From Lentisphaeria bacterium (lineage in GTDB: Bacteria; Verrucomicrobiota; Lentisphaeria; JABSQK01; JAWLHB01), in the NCBI GenBank assembly GCA_041690595.1, contig JAWLHB010000006.1:62001-126000 (forward strand): a DNA stretch of 64,000 nt. The letters are read 5' to 3'. The notes under the pieces are model-generated. The model ran no database searches. It saw only the letters and a list, made by a program, of their open reading frames with translations, and was not told the origin of the DNA. Positions 1 through 9,267 of this stretch are shown one piece after another (within the stretch, counting starts at the first letter, position 1; every line of letters begins with the position of its first letter). Made by a program: the position numbers and the translations under genes.

Positions 1-366
1 GACAACCCTTACCAGGCTCTGAAACGGGTCTTTCACGAGCCCAACCGCCTGGCCATTGTCTCCGCTCTCTGCCCCGCCGGCAATGGCCTCACCTTTGGAG
101 AACTCAAGGATGAATGCGACCTCACCGACGGCAATCTCAGCCGCCACCTCAGAATGCTCGAGGAGAGCAACATCATCTTCATTCGCAAGGAGTTCATCGA
201 CTCCAGACCCCGCACCACCGTCTTTCTCTCCGATATCGGCCGCGATCGCTTTGTCGACTACCTCGTCGCGCTGGAAGAAGTCTTGAAGCTGGCTGGCGAT
301 GCGTTGGAGCTGCCCGCCTCCGAATCTGAACTGAGCCTCAACGTGATGAAGGCCGCACGGGCATGA
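1..366 (+). CDS. Winged-helix (ArsR/HTH_34-like) transcriptional regulator, 5'-truncated by the window edge
   Basis: Frame +1 is open from base 1: DNPYQALKRVFHEPNRLAIVSAL...LTFGELKDECDLTDGNLSRHLRMLEESNII...PRTTVFLSDIGRDRF. The LTDGNLSRHL and R-T wing motifs are typical of this family. Confidence 0.85.
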   Translation, partial: DNPYQALKRVFHEPNRLAIVSALCPAGNGLTFGELKDECDLTDGNLSRHLRMLEESNIIFIRKEFIDSRPRTTVFLSDIGRDRFVDYLVALEEVLKLAGDALELPASESELSLNVMKAARA

Positions 367-416
367 AAACCACCAGCCATTCCTGCAAAGCTGAGCAACT
401 TTCAAGGAGCATCCCC

Positions 417-1661
417 ATGAAGATCGGCATCGACGCGCTCTCCCTTTACTGCCCGCGCTATTATCTCGATCTCAAGACCATGGCCAGGCACCGCGATGTC
501 CCCCATGAGAAGTATTACGAAGGCATCGGCCAGGAACGCATGGCCATGCCCGCCCCCGACGAGGACATCGTCACCATGGCCGCCAATGCCGCCAGCCGAG
601 TGCTCACCGGCATTGACCTCGCCACCATCGACACACTCATGTTTGCCACCGAGTCCGGTATCGATCAGTCCAAGGCAGCGGCAATCTACGTGCACCGTCT
701 TCTCGGGCTGCCCAGCAGCTGCAAGGCTTTCGAAGTGAAGCAGGCCTGCTGCAGCAGCACCATGGCCCTGCAGATGGCCATGGGCCAGGTCGCCCTGAAC
801 CCCAATCGCCGGGTCCTGATTGTCGCCTCCGACGTCGCCCGCTACGAGCTTGGCACCGCCGGCGAACCCACTCAGGGCGCCGGCGCCTCCGCCATCCTCA
901 TCTCCGCCAATCCGCGACTCCTCGCTCTCGATCATGAATCCGGCGCCTATACCGAAGATGTCATGGACTTCTGGCGCCCCAATTACCTCGAGCACGCCCT
1001 TGTCGACGGCAAGTATTCCATGCGGATCTACATCAAGGCGCTCACCGAGGCCTGGCAGCAGTATCGCCAACAGTCCGAGCGCTCCTACGGCGACTTCCAT
1101 CGCTTCGTCTACCATCTTCCCTTCACCCGCATGGCGGAAAAGGCACATGCCAGCCTGGCAAAGCTCGAACATGTCACCCTGGCGAAGGAAGATCTCGACG
1201 ACCGGCTGCACGAATCCCTCCATTTCAGCCGCCTGATCGGCAACTGCTATACCGCCGCCCTCTACATCAGCCTGCTCTCCCTGCTGGAAAACAGCCGCGA
1301 CGATCTGGCCGGCAAGCGCGTCGGACTCTTCAGCTATGGATCCGGCTGTGTCGGCATCTTCTTCAGCGGCGTTGTTCAGCCCGGCTATCAGGAGCATCTC
1401 CATCGAGTCGAGCACTACAGCATGCTGACCGATCGCATCGAACTCTCCTGGAAGCAATACCTCGACTTCTACAACTTCGCACTGCCCACCGACGGCAGCT
1501 CCCGCGGGACACGCCGCCATTCCACCGGCCGCTTCCGCCTTGCCGGCATCGAGGACCACCAGCGCCAGTATGAAATCGTGGACGCCATGCCGGCCACGCA
1601 GATCATCAATCGCACCACCAACCCAATCGTCGAGAAGGATCTCTCCGTCATCGGCACCTGA
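417..1661 (+). CDS. mvaS: Hydroxymethylglutaryl-CoA synthase (bacterial MvaS type)
   Basis: MKIGIDAL N-terminus, TESGIDQSK (catalytic Glu), EVKQACC (catalytic Cys), YHLPFTRMAEKAH, IGNCYTAALY and FSYGSG. An AAGGAG RBS precedes the ATG at 417. Confidence 0.93.
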   Translation: MKIGIDALSLYCPRYYLDLKTMARHRDVPHEKYYEGIGQERMAMPAPDEDIVTMAANAASRVLTGIDLATIDTLMFATESGIDQSKAAAIYVHRLLGLPSSCKAFEVKQACCSSTMALQMAMGQVALNPNRRVLIVASDVARYELGTAGEPTQGAGASAILISANPRLLALDHESGAYTEDVMDFWRPNYLEHALVDGKYSMRIYIKALTEAWQQYRQQSERSYGDFHRFVYHLPFTRMAEKAHASLAKLEHVTLAKEDLDDRLHESLHFSRLIGNCYTAALYISLLSLLENSRDDLAGKRVGLFSYGSGCVGIFFSGVVQPGYQEHLHRVEHYSMLTDRIELSWKQYLDFYNFALPTDGSSRGTRRHSTGRFRLAGIEDHQRQYEIVDAMPATQIINRTTNPIVEKDLSVIGT

Positions 1662-1673
1662 TCCCCCCGCGAT

Positions 1674-1721
1674 GTCAGACAAGTCAGACAAGTCAGACAA
1701 GTCAGACAAGTCAGACAAGTC
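1674..1721. repeat. Perfect 9-bp tandem repeat (GTCAGACAA)x5 plus a partial unit
   Basis: Read directly from the sequence. It lies between two convergent genes. Confidence 0.97.
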
Positions 1722-1773
1722 GATCCTTTAAGGAGCGGTTGAACCATCATCTCGCGTCGCTTCCACCGAAACG

Positions 1774-4452
1774 CTACTTACCCGATGACGTCCCACCCGG
1801 CGGATTGAGCCAGTCTGCCCAACTGCCGCGGTAGAAGAGATAGCTGGTGCCGCCCTGCAACTGCAGATGGTGCACCTCGGCCGGATCGAGTTGGCGACGC
1901 GAGAAAAGCTCATAGAGCGATTCACTCCGGGGCAGGGTCAGAGTGCGCACCCCTTCGCTTTCCGTGTGCAGCAGAATGAAGGTGTCATTCACCATCAGCA
2001 GGTCGTTCTGCTCCGCGTACAGATGCACACCCGCCCGCCTGGCCAGAGCGCGCATCACTTCCGGATTCAGCCATGGCGAGGCGCTGTAGAAGGCTGTCCA
2101 GCCGGCATGCTCCCGCATCGCCATGGCCGGTTCAGGGACATCCGCGTAATCCGCCAGAATGACGGCCTCCGGATCCCGGATGGTGAAGAGCGGCCCGAAC
2201 TGCAGGCTGATGTCGCGATCCGGCATTTGGCCACCGCCGCCCCAGCCAAAGTAACCGGCGATCCGTTCGATGCCCAGATCCCCGCGCAGAGCCGCCCGCG
2301 GCGCCAGAAAGAAGCGGCTTCCCTGCGGCTGCCACTGCAGGTCGATGCCGACGAGTTCACTCGCAAGTCCCGGAGAAAGCAAGCCGTCACCGACCGCACC
2401 CGCGCTCCACACCCACGCCAGGAGCCGGTTCTGCTTGCGACACCGCTCGATGATCCGGCGCCGCGCCGCCGTATGACGCATGATCTGGTAGAAGACGATC
2501 ATCCGATAGTTCTCCGGCTTCAGATCGTCGATGAGGACAATATCGAATGGCGCCCCGAACCGTGCCCAGGTGAGCCGAGGCAGGGAAAGCAGCGCCTCCA
2601 GGTGGGTGTTGCTCATGCCGCGATCCTGCCCGCCCGACGGTTGCAGCCAGTCGAAAACGTAAGGATCGATCACGATCGCGACCTGCGCGCGGGAAGCAAC
2701 CGGCGCCAGGGCCGACCGGCGGCCGATCTCCTCCCACGCCTTCAACTCGCCAAGCAACCCGGAACGTCGCAGCCCTCCATCCGGGGGCGACATAATCACC
2801 TGGCTGTCGCTCATCAGAATACTGCCAAGCAGCCGTCTCCGCACCTGAATGGCCGCGTCGTCGGCGCCGCTCTGCCGCAATGGTCCCCGTTGCCGGACAA
2901 CCAGAAGCTTCCCGTGCGCCCTGGCCACGTTCGACAGCATGAGCTCGAGCCCCATCGCGCCCACGCCCGGGCGCACATCCGTTGTATCCGCCAGGATCTC
3001 CAGCAGGTCCACATGCGGCGAACGCAGAAGCTCCATGACAGCATCGTGCGGCCACGCCATGCGTCCACCTGTATTCGCATTGAGAAACGCGGCGGAGCCA
3101 CCGTCAATCCCCGTCAGAAAGCGGCCATAGGTACGATCTTTCACATGCGCCGCAAGTTCCAGATGCGCCCCGATCCACGATGTCCAGAAGAAGCGATAGC
3201 TGTCGGCCGCCTGCTGGGAGCCGGCAGGGTGAAGGAAAGCAAAGACATCTCCGCTCGGCCATTGCGAGGGCGCCAGCAGGTGCGCCTCCGCCAGCGACAT
3301 CTCCTTGCGCTTCCACGCTTCCTGAAAACCTTCCGCATCCGGGTAGCGTCGCGCCAGCCAGCCACGGAACTGACTCTCCGACTGCTCCCCCGCAAGACGC
3401 TCGGGCCACGGAACGCCGCCCTGCTCCGGCGAGAGACTGATCGTGATGCCAATGACCCGACCCGCATACGCCGACCGCTGCACATGCGCGAGCAGATAGT
3501 CCAGCCCCCGCTTGCAGTAGGCCATCCAACGCGGATTGAAGTCGGAAACCGGGCCTTCCGTGAACCATCCCGGCGCATCCCAGAAGCGCACCTCCAGCAT
3601 GACAGGCGAGCTGCTTCCCGCCGCCGCCCCGATCACCGCGTCGATCGAAACGCCGTCCAGATAGTCGGCAAAGGCCAGCAGCGGTGGATGGGCTCCCCCA
3701 CCCTTGCCGCCGAGATTCAACACCGCCCGCTGAAGCAACGGCATCTCCCCACTTTCCAGCTCGATTGCAGCACTGGCTCCTTCGGAAGCCGCTGACGGAC
3801 CATACCCAATCCATGACAACGGCTTGCCATCGACGTGAATCCGCCGCGGCCCACCCGGCATCACCGGTTGAATGACCGTCCGTGCCGCCGGTGCCACCGA
3901 AAGCGCTGCCTCCAGCTCTGTCTCTGTCGGCAGATTCCCGCCCACAAGAAGGGTCAGTTCCCGCAACCTGAGCGAGGCCGTACCATCCTCTCGCAACTGC
4001 AACCTGGCAACCACGGAGATTGCCGTAGCCGGCTGACCATCGATCCGCGCAAGTGGCACCGCACCAAGCTCGGAATGGCTCGCCCCCGTCGGCTCGAAAA
4101 GCTCGATCTCACGCCAGCCCCGCGCATCCTGAAGCCGCAGCACCAGCGCCGCTCGGGAGTTTCCCGCCGCCGCGATATTTGCCGACTGCAGATTGAAGCG
4201 CACCTCCCCGTCCGCCTGCAACACCAGATTGACGGGGATGACAAACTCGCGCGCCGCCCCGGCATCACCGCTCAGGGTAAGCACCAGCGTCTCCCCCTCA
4301 CGGGTGACGGAGGTGCGGCTTGCCACCGGAAGCCCCGGCAGAGTCCGCTCACTTACCTCGGCATTGGCTATGCTGAAGAGCCCGCGCTCCGCGCCATGCA
4401 CCACCCATAGCGGAACAAGCAGCATCACGGCCGATAGGCACAGGCATCTCAT
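1774..4452 (-). CDS. Secreted GH42/beta-galactosidase-like TIM-barrel protein with a trimerization-type C-terminal domain, possibly catalytically degenerate
   Basis: Signal peptide MRCLCLSAVMLLVPLWVVHG, DAPGWF, YAGRVIG, QFRGWLARRY and FGAPFDIVL motifs, and a C-terminal RALARRAGVHLY. Confidence 0.65.
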   Translation of the reverse strand: MRCLCLSAVMLLVPLWVVHGAERGLFSIANAEVSERTLPGLPVASRTSVTREGETLVLTLSGDAGAAREFVIPVNLVLQADGEVRFNLQSANIAAAGNSRAALVLRLQDARGWREIELFEPTGASHSELGAVPLARIDGQPATAISVVARLQLREDGTASLRLRELTLLVGGNLPTETELEAALSVAPAARTVIQPVMPGGPRRIHVDGKPLSWIGYGPSAASEGASAAIELESGEMPLLQRAVLNLGGKGGGAHPPLLAFADYLDGVSIDAVIGAAAGSSSPVMLEVRFWDAPGWFTEGPVSDFNPRWMAYCKRGLDYLLAHVQRSAYAGRVIGITISLSPEQGGVPWPERLAGEQSESQFRGWLARRYPDAEGFQEAWKRKEMSLAEAHLLAPSQWPSGDVFAFLHPAGSQQAADSYRFFWTSWIGAHLELAAHVKDRTYGRFLTGIDGGSAAFLNANTGGRMAWPHDAVMELLRSPHVDLLEILADTTDVRPGVGAMGLELMLSNVARAHGKLLVVRQRGPLRQSGADDAAIQVRRRLLGSILMSDSQVIMSPPDGGLRRSGLLGELKAWEEIGRRSALAPVASRAQVAIVIDPYVFDWLQPSGGQDRGMSNTHLEALLSLPRLTWARFGAPFDIVLIDDLKPENYRMIVFYQIMRHTAARRRIIERCRKQNRLLAWVWSAGAVGDGLLSPGLASELVGIDLQWQPQGSRFFLAPRAALRGDLGIERIAGYFGWGGGGQMPDRDISLQFGPLFTIRDPEAVILADYADVPEPAMAMREHAGWTAFYSASPWLNPEVMRALARRAGVHLYAEQNDLLMVNDTFILLHTESEGVRTLTLPRSESLYELFSRRQLDPAEVHHLQLQGGTSYLFYRGSWADWLNPPGGTSSGK

Positions 4453-4472
4453 CTTGACGGGAGCTACTCCAA

Positions 4473-6779
4473 TCAGAAGCGGTAACCAAGGGTGAAGTGC
4501 AGGCGACCGGACGACGAGAGATTCTCCTGCTCCCGCACGATGGGCCACCCATAGTCGATACGCAGCGGGATATTGCCGCCAGGCACTGGGATGAAGAGGC
4601 GAATACCCACGCCGCTACCGACATTGATCTCATCGGTATGCACTTCCCAAGCCTCCCCCCACACATCACCGGCATCGGTCCATATCGCTCCATAGAGCGT
4701 CTCGCGATAGAGAGGCTTCAGCAGCTCGATGCTGGCCAGCACCCGAGACTGGCCGCCAATCGCTTCCTCATTGGAAGGATCAAAGGGGCCCACTTCGCGT
4801 TCCTTGAAGCCGCGCAGCGTATTGAGACCGCCGGCAAAGAGACGGTCGAATACCTTCGGCTCATCGCCGGAAAAGGCATCGATCTGATCAAAGCGACCTT
4901 CGATCTTGATGACGCTGTCCTTGAAGACCGGCAGGTACTGCGCGCCGCGCAAACCAAAGCTGTAGATGTTGCTGTAGCTGCCGATTGCCTCGCCCTGCAA
5001 CTCCAGCGACATGCTCAACTGCGAGCCAAAGTTGGGCACCGGATACCTGTCCACATTCTCCCGGCTGACGCCCCAGAAAAGCGCACTAACGATCTCTTCT
5101 CCCTCGTTCTCTTCGAAGAAGAAGGCACTGAAGTCCTCGTCGATGTCATTGATATCGACCTGCTCGAGACGATACCCGACCGACTGCTTCCAGAACTGCC
5201 AGGGAAGCTGATGCGTCAACTTGGCCGACGTGCCGACGCTGTCTTCATCCCACCCGCGGCTGTAGGAGGCTTCCCGCAGCCAGAGGCTCCAGTCCAGGCG
5301 CAACCGACGGTCGAAGAGCCACGGTTCCGTGAAATTGAGGTTGAACAACTGCGACTCCGTACCGATCGTCGTGCTGAAGCTGAGGCGCTGACCGCCGCCC
5401 CTGAAGAAGTTCGACGGATTGTCCAGCGCAAAGTTGCTCTGCGTCAGGTTGAAGGTCGCAAATGCATCCGCGGCACTCGAGAAGCCCACGCCCATGCCGA
5501 ACTGCCCCGTCTGCCCTTCCTCGACATTGATGTGAAGATCGTAGAAGGAGGGATCGTCCGTCGGTACGGGCACGACATCCACCTTGCTGAAATAACCCAG
5601 GTTCTGCAGCCGGCGACGGCTGGCGCGGATCTTCGTCATGTCGCCAAGATCGCCGGGGTGAATTGACATCTCGCGACGGATGACGTTGTCGTAGGTGATG
5701 GTATTGCCGGAAATTTCGATGTTGCGGATCGTGGCAATGACCCCTTCATCGATACTGTAGGCGATGGCCGCCGTATGCGTCTGGCTGTTGGCATTCCGGC
5801 TGGCGTTCACGCGAGCCTGCAGATAGCCAAGGTGATTGTAGTGTTCTTCCAGAGCCTGCGCATCTTCCAGCTCGCGCGCCCGGCTGTACGTATCCCCAGA
5901 CCGCGTCTTGATCAACGGTCTCAATTCCTCTTCCGTGAACTGCTCGAAGCCCGAGAAGGTGACATCCGAAACAATGTACGGCTCCCCCTCCACGACTTCT
6001 ACCGTCACGAACGCCTTCTTTTCGTTGTCGCTGTAGCGCACTGGCGGCGCCGAAACCTGCACGTCCAGATAACCGCGATCCCAGTACAGCTCCGTGATCC
6101 GGTCCAGATCTTCCTCGAAGACTTCGGGATTGAAGTAACCAGTCGGAAAGAGGAGATAACCCCAGAAGGAAACATCGGTCTCCATGACCCGGCGAACCTG
6201 CCGGTCGCTCAGAGCATGGTTGCCGACAATGTCGACCCCGCGGGTCTTCGCGCGACGGCGCTCTTCGAACGAGTAGACCAGATTGGCCTCGTTCGTTCCT
6301 TCGAGCCGTACCGGCTTCTGGTCGATGACCACATCCGTGTACCCCTTGTCGGTGTACAGCTTGTAGAGCGCGGCAAGATCCTGGCTGAGGATCGTATCGT
6401 CGAGCGGATCCCCCGCCTGCAGCTTCAGCTCACCGAGAATCCGCTTCTCGCTGATGTTCTTGTTGCCCTGAAGGACTATCTGGCGAATCGTCCACTTCGG
6501 CTCGAAGGTGAGCAGCAGGCGCACCGTACCATCCTCGAGCACATCTTTCTTCGGCGTGATGTTCGAGAACTGGTTCGTGTTGTACAGCTGTTTGATGTCC
6601 GCGGAAAGCTTCTCCTGGCTGAATTGATCGCCCACCCGCATCTTCATGTTGGCAAAGACGACTTCTTCGGAGATCGGCTGATCCCCCGTCGACTGAACCT
6701 GTATCTCACTGATGGTTTGCGCACAGACGGCAAAAATGCTGAACAACCAGATGCCACAACTCAACAAGAGGTGCTTCAT
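4473..6779 (-). CDS. bamA: Outer membrane protein assembly factor BamA
   Basis: Signal peptide, five POTRA-like repeats (IEISGNTITYDNVIRRE, RLQNLGYF), LFAGGLNTLRGF (VRGF-like loop 6 motif) and a C-terminal Phe. Confidence 0.96.
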   Translation of the reverse strand: MKHLLLSCGIWLFSIFAVCAQTISEIQVQSTGDQPISEEVVFANMKMRVGDQFSQEKLSADIKQLYNTNQFSNITPKKDVLEDGTVRLLLTFEPKWTIRQIVLQGNKNISEKRILGELKLQAGDPLDDTILSQDLAALYKLYTDKGYTDVVIDQKPVRLEGTNEANLVYSFEERRRAKTRGVDIVGNHALSDRQVRRVMETDVSFWGYLLFPTGYFNPEVFEEDLDRITELYWDRGYLDVQVSAPPVRYSDNEKKAFVTVEVVEGEPYIVSDVTFSGFEQFTEEELRPLIKTRSGDTYSRARELEDAQALEEHYNHLGYLQARVNASRNANSQTHTAAIAYSIDEGVIATIRNIEISGNTITYDNVIRREMSIHPGDLGDMTKIRASRRRLQNLGYFSKVDVVPVPTDDPSFYDLHINVEEGQTGQFGMGVGFSSAADAFATFNLTQSNFALDNPSNFFRGGGQRLSFSTTIGTESQLFNLNFTEPWLFDRRLRLDWSLWLREASYSRGWDEDSVGTSAKLTHQLPWQFWKQSVGYRLEQVDINDIDEDFSAFFFEENEGEEIVSALFWGVSRENVDRYPVPNFGSQLSMSLELQGEAIGSYSNIYSFGLRGAQYLPVFKDSVIKIEGRFDQIDAFSGDEPKVFDRLFAGGLNTLRGFKEREVGPFDPSNEEAIGGQSRVLASIELLKPLYRETLYGAIWTDAGDVWGEAWEVHTDEINVGSGVGIRLFIPVPGGNIPLRIDYGWPIVREQENLSSSGRLHFTLGYRF

Positions 6780-6896
6780 ACGTAGAGCCTTTTCCATGTT
6801 TGGAGACAGGCAGTCCCCCACCCGGGGTGACTACACGCCATTATTCTAAGTGGTTACTGCTGAGAGTTGTCGGTCGTTGCGGAAGGCGCCACGGCG

Positions 6897-8321
6897 TCAT
6901 CCCCCACGGTGCGGTACATCGTCATCATCGAAGCGCGTACGGCTCTCGAACCGCGTATAATGCGGCAGAAAGACCAGACTTACTTTCCCGGTTTCACCAT
7001 TACGATTCTTCGCCACAATCAAATCCGATTCAATCCCGTTCTGCAAAATCTCCTCACGACTGATGCCGGTCTCGACCTCGCGGTCGCGATGAAGAAGTAT
7101 CACCATATCCGCATCCTGCTCAATTGCACCCGATTCCCGCAAATGTGACAGTTTCGGCGCACCGCCGCTCTGCTCCGCCTGCCGGTTCAACTGGCAGAGA
7201 ATCATGATCGGGATCTGCAGCTCCTTGGCCAGACTCTTGATGTCGCTCGACAGCCGCGCCACTTCCTGCTCGCGATTGGTATTCTTGCCGCTTCCCGCGG
7301 GACGCATCAGCTGCAGGTAGTCGATCACCAGCATGCGCACCCCGTGCTCCTGATGCATTCGCCGCGCCTTCTGACGCAGCTCGAGCGAGGTGATCTGGGG
7401 CGTGTCGTCAATGAAGATCGGGGAATTGTAGAGGCGGTCCGCGGCCGGCATCAGCTCCTGGCGCCACTGCGCATTGCTCAACCGCCCGTCGCGAAGATCC
7501 TTCACGTCGATGCGAGCCTCGCTGCACAGCAACCGCACCACCACCTGAGTGCTGCCCATTTCCAGGCTGAATACGCCTACGGGTTGACGCGCCTCCAGAG
7601 CGACGTTGCGTGCTACGTTCATGGCGAAGGTCGTCTTGCCGATCGAGGGACGCGCCGCCAGCACGATCATGTCGCCCGGACGGAAACCGGTAATCAGCCG
7701 ATCCAGGTCCGGGTAGCCCGTCTGCACCCCCACCGCGCTCCTGTCGTTCTTGCTCAACTCCTCCAGGTAGGAGACGGCCGGCTTGATCAGCTCGCGGATG
7801 CTCTTCACCTGCGTGTCGACCTGCATCTCGGTGACCGACAGGATCTCCTGCTCCACCGTATCGATCAGATCTTCCACGCTGCTTCCATCATTGTTGAAGC
7901 AGCGTGACGCTATATCGCCACACGTCTGGATCAGCCGACGCAGAATGTAGACGTCGAGCAGCAGCGTGAGGTAGTTGTCCAGATTCGCCGAGGTCGGCAC
8001 CACTCCGTACAACTGATTCAGCTTCTCCAGACCACCGACATCGTCGAGCAGTTGCCGCTTCACCAAGGCATCGGAGAGGGTAATCAGGTCGATCCGGCTC
8101 GCCGCCATATCGCCGCGCATCTCACGCAGACAGACATAGATCTTGCGCAGATCGCCCTGATAAAAACACTCTTCGGTCTTCAGCCGGGCAAAGGCGGTAT
8201 CCAGCGTACCGTCAGGATCCTGCAGAAGGCACGAAATAACGGCCCGCTCGGCTTCGACCGAATTCGGCAACGGCCGGTCCCCGACAAAGAGCGGTCCAAG
8301 TTGTTTCGCATAATCAGCCAT
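6897..8321 (-). CDS. dnaB: Replicative DNA helicase
   Basis: PNSVEAERAV, AARPSIGKT (Walker A), VIDYLQLM, SHLRESGAIEQDAD and AKNRNGETG. Confidence 0.98.
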   Translation of the reverse strand: MADYAKQLGPLFVGDRPLPNSVEAERAVISCLLQDPDGTLDTAFARLKTEECFYQGDLRKIYVCLREMRGDMAASRIDLITLSDALVKRQLLDDVGGLEKLNQLYGVVPTSANLDNYLTLLLDVYILRRLIQTCGDIASRCFNNDGSSVEDLIDTVEQEILSVTEMQVDTQVKSIRELIKPAVSYLEELSKNDRSAVGVQTGYPDLDRLITGFRPGDMIVLAARPSIGKTTFAMNVARNVALEARQPVGVFSLEMGSTQVVVRLLCSEARIDVKDLRDGRLSNAQWRQELMPAADRLYNSPIFIDDTPQITSLELRQKARRMHQEHGVRMLVIDYLQLMRPAGSGKNTNREQEVARLSSDIKSLAKELQIPIMILCQLNRQAEQSGGAPKLSHLRESGAIEQDADMVILLHRDREVETGISREEILQNGIESDLIVAKNRNGETGKVSLVFLPHYTRFESRTRFDDDDVPHRGG

Positions 8322-8333
8322 CAGCGGCTAGGC

Positions 8334-8783
8334 TCAAGCACGGACGACCCATACCTTTATGGAGGAACTCACATCCTCGTGGAGCAGCACATCTATCGTG
8401 TAGACGCCAAGCTCACGGATCGGCTCCACCAAGGCAATCTTGCGGCGGTCGATATGAATGTTCATCTCGGCAAGGGCATCGGCAATCTGCTTGTTGCCCA
8501 CACTGCCGTAGAGCTTCTCGTCGTCGCCCGCTTGGACAGGAATGGTCACGGATGCTTTCTGCAGCATCGCGGCGACTTCCTGGGCAGAGCGGACCATCTG
8601 CTGGCGCTCTTCTTCGATTTGCTTCTTGCGCGCTTCGAGTTGGCGCAGGGCGCCCTGGGTGGCTTTGGCAGCCAGCTTGCGCGGAACCAGGTAGTTGCGG
8701 GCATAGCCGTCAGCGACCTTGACCACGTCGCCGATGCGCCCGAGGTCGTCCACATTTTCCATCAAAATAAGTTCAACAGCCAT
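8334..8783 (-). CDS. rplI: 50S ribosomal protein L9
   Basis: LGRIGDVVKVADGYARNYLVP, KLYGSV and PIRELG. AAGGAG RBS upstream. Confidence 0.98.
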   Translation of the reverse strand: MAVELILMENVDDLGRIGDVVKVADGYARNYLVPRKLAAKATQGALRQLEARKKQIEEERQQMVRSAQEVAAMLQKASVTIPVQAGDDEKLYGSVGNKQIADALAEMNIHIDRRKIALVEPIRELGVYTIDVLLHEDVSSSIKVWVVRA

Positions 8784-8812
8784 GGGAATCTTTTGCTCCT
8801 TGAATGATTGAG

Positions 8813-8967
8813 CCTGCACGGTGGAGGGGGTACGGGGTTACTGGATCAGGGCTACCGGCGGTAAAAGCGGTCAGTCCCCGACCCTTCTCCGCATCGCCTG
8901 CGGGCAAGGTTTCCGGGGACGTCTCCGAATGTTCGCGCCAGCCATTGCACCATCCACCGCCGCAACC
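8813..8967 (-). ncRNA. Candidate rod-shaped structured RNA (6S RNA-like) between rpsR and rplI
   Basis: Nested complementary segments form a terminal stem, a middle stem, a central bubble and an apical stem (8874-8880 with 8914-8920; 8889-8893 with 8899-8903). G-U pairs favour the minus strand. Confidence 0.45.
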
Positions 8968-8970
8968 GCG

Positions 8971-9213
8971 TCAGATGAGGGCGATATTGCGGGCTCTTTT
9001 GACCGCGCGCGCCAGCATCTTCTGGTGGTCGAAGCAAGTACCGGTAATGCGCCGCGGCAGGATCTTGCCCTGCTCGGTGGTGTAGCGATTCAGCGTATCC
9101 GTGTCCTTGAAGTCGATGTAGATGATTGCATCTTCACAGAAACGGCAGATCTTCGGCCGCGACATCCGCAGCTTGCGGGAGCGTTTTCTGCGTTTTTTCG
9201 TATTCTTGGCCAT
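8971..9213 (-). CDS. rpsR: 30S ribosomal protein S18 (Zn-binding C+ form)
   Basis: CRFC...IDFKD...GKILPRRITGTCFDHQKMLARAVKRAR. Confidence 0.98.
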   Translation of the reverse strand: MAKNTKKRRKRSRKLRMSRPKICRFCEDAIIYIDFKDTDTLNRYTTEQGKILPRRITGTCFDHQKMLARAVKRARNIALI

Positions 9214-9267
9214 ATGCACCTTCGTCCTTTATAGGGGTGTGTCTGAGTTCAGCAAAAAGCTGGTTGA

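Noticed and set aside
402..1718. Minus-strand ORF beginning MSDLSDLSDL
   Set aside because: It is antisense to mvaS, and its N-terminus is just the translation of the 9-bp repeat.
1674..1721. Possible CRISPR array
   Set aside because: The units are 9 bp, directly adjacent and have no spacers. No cas genes are in the window.
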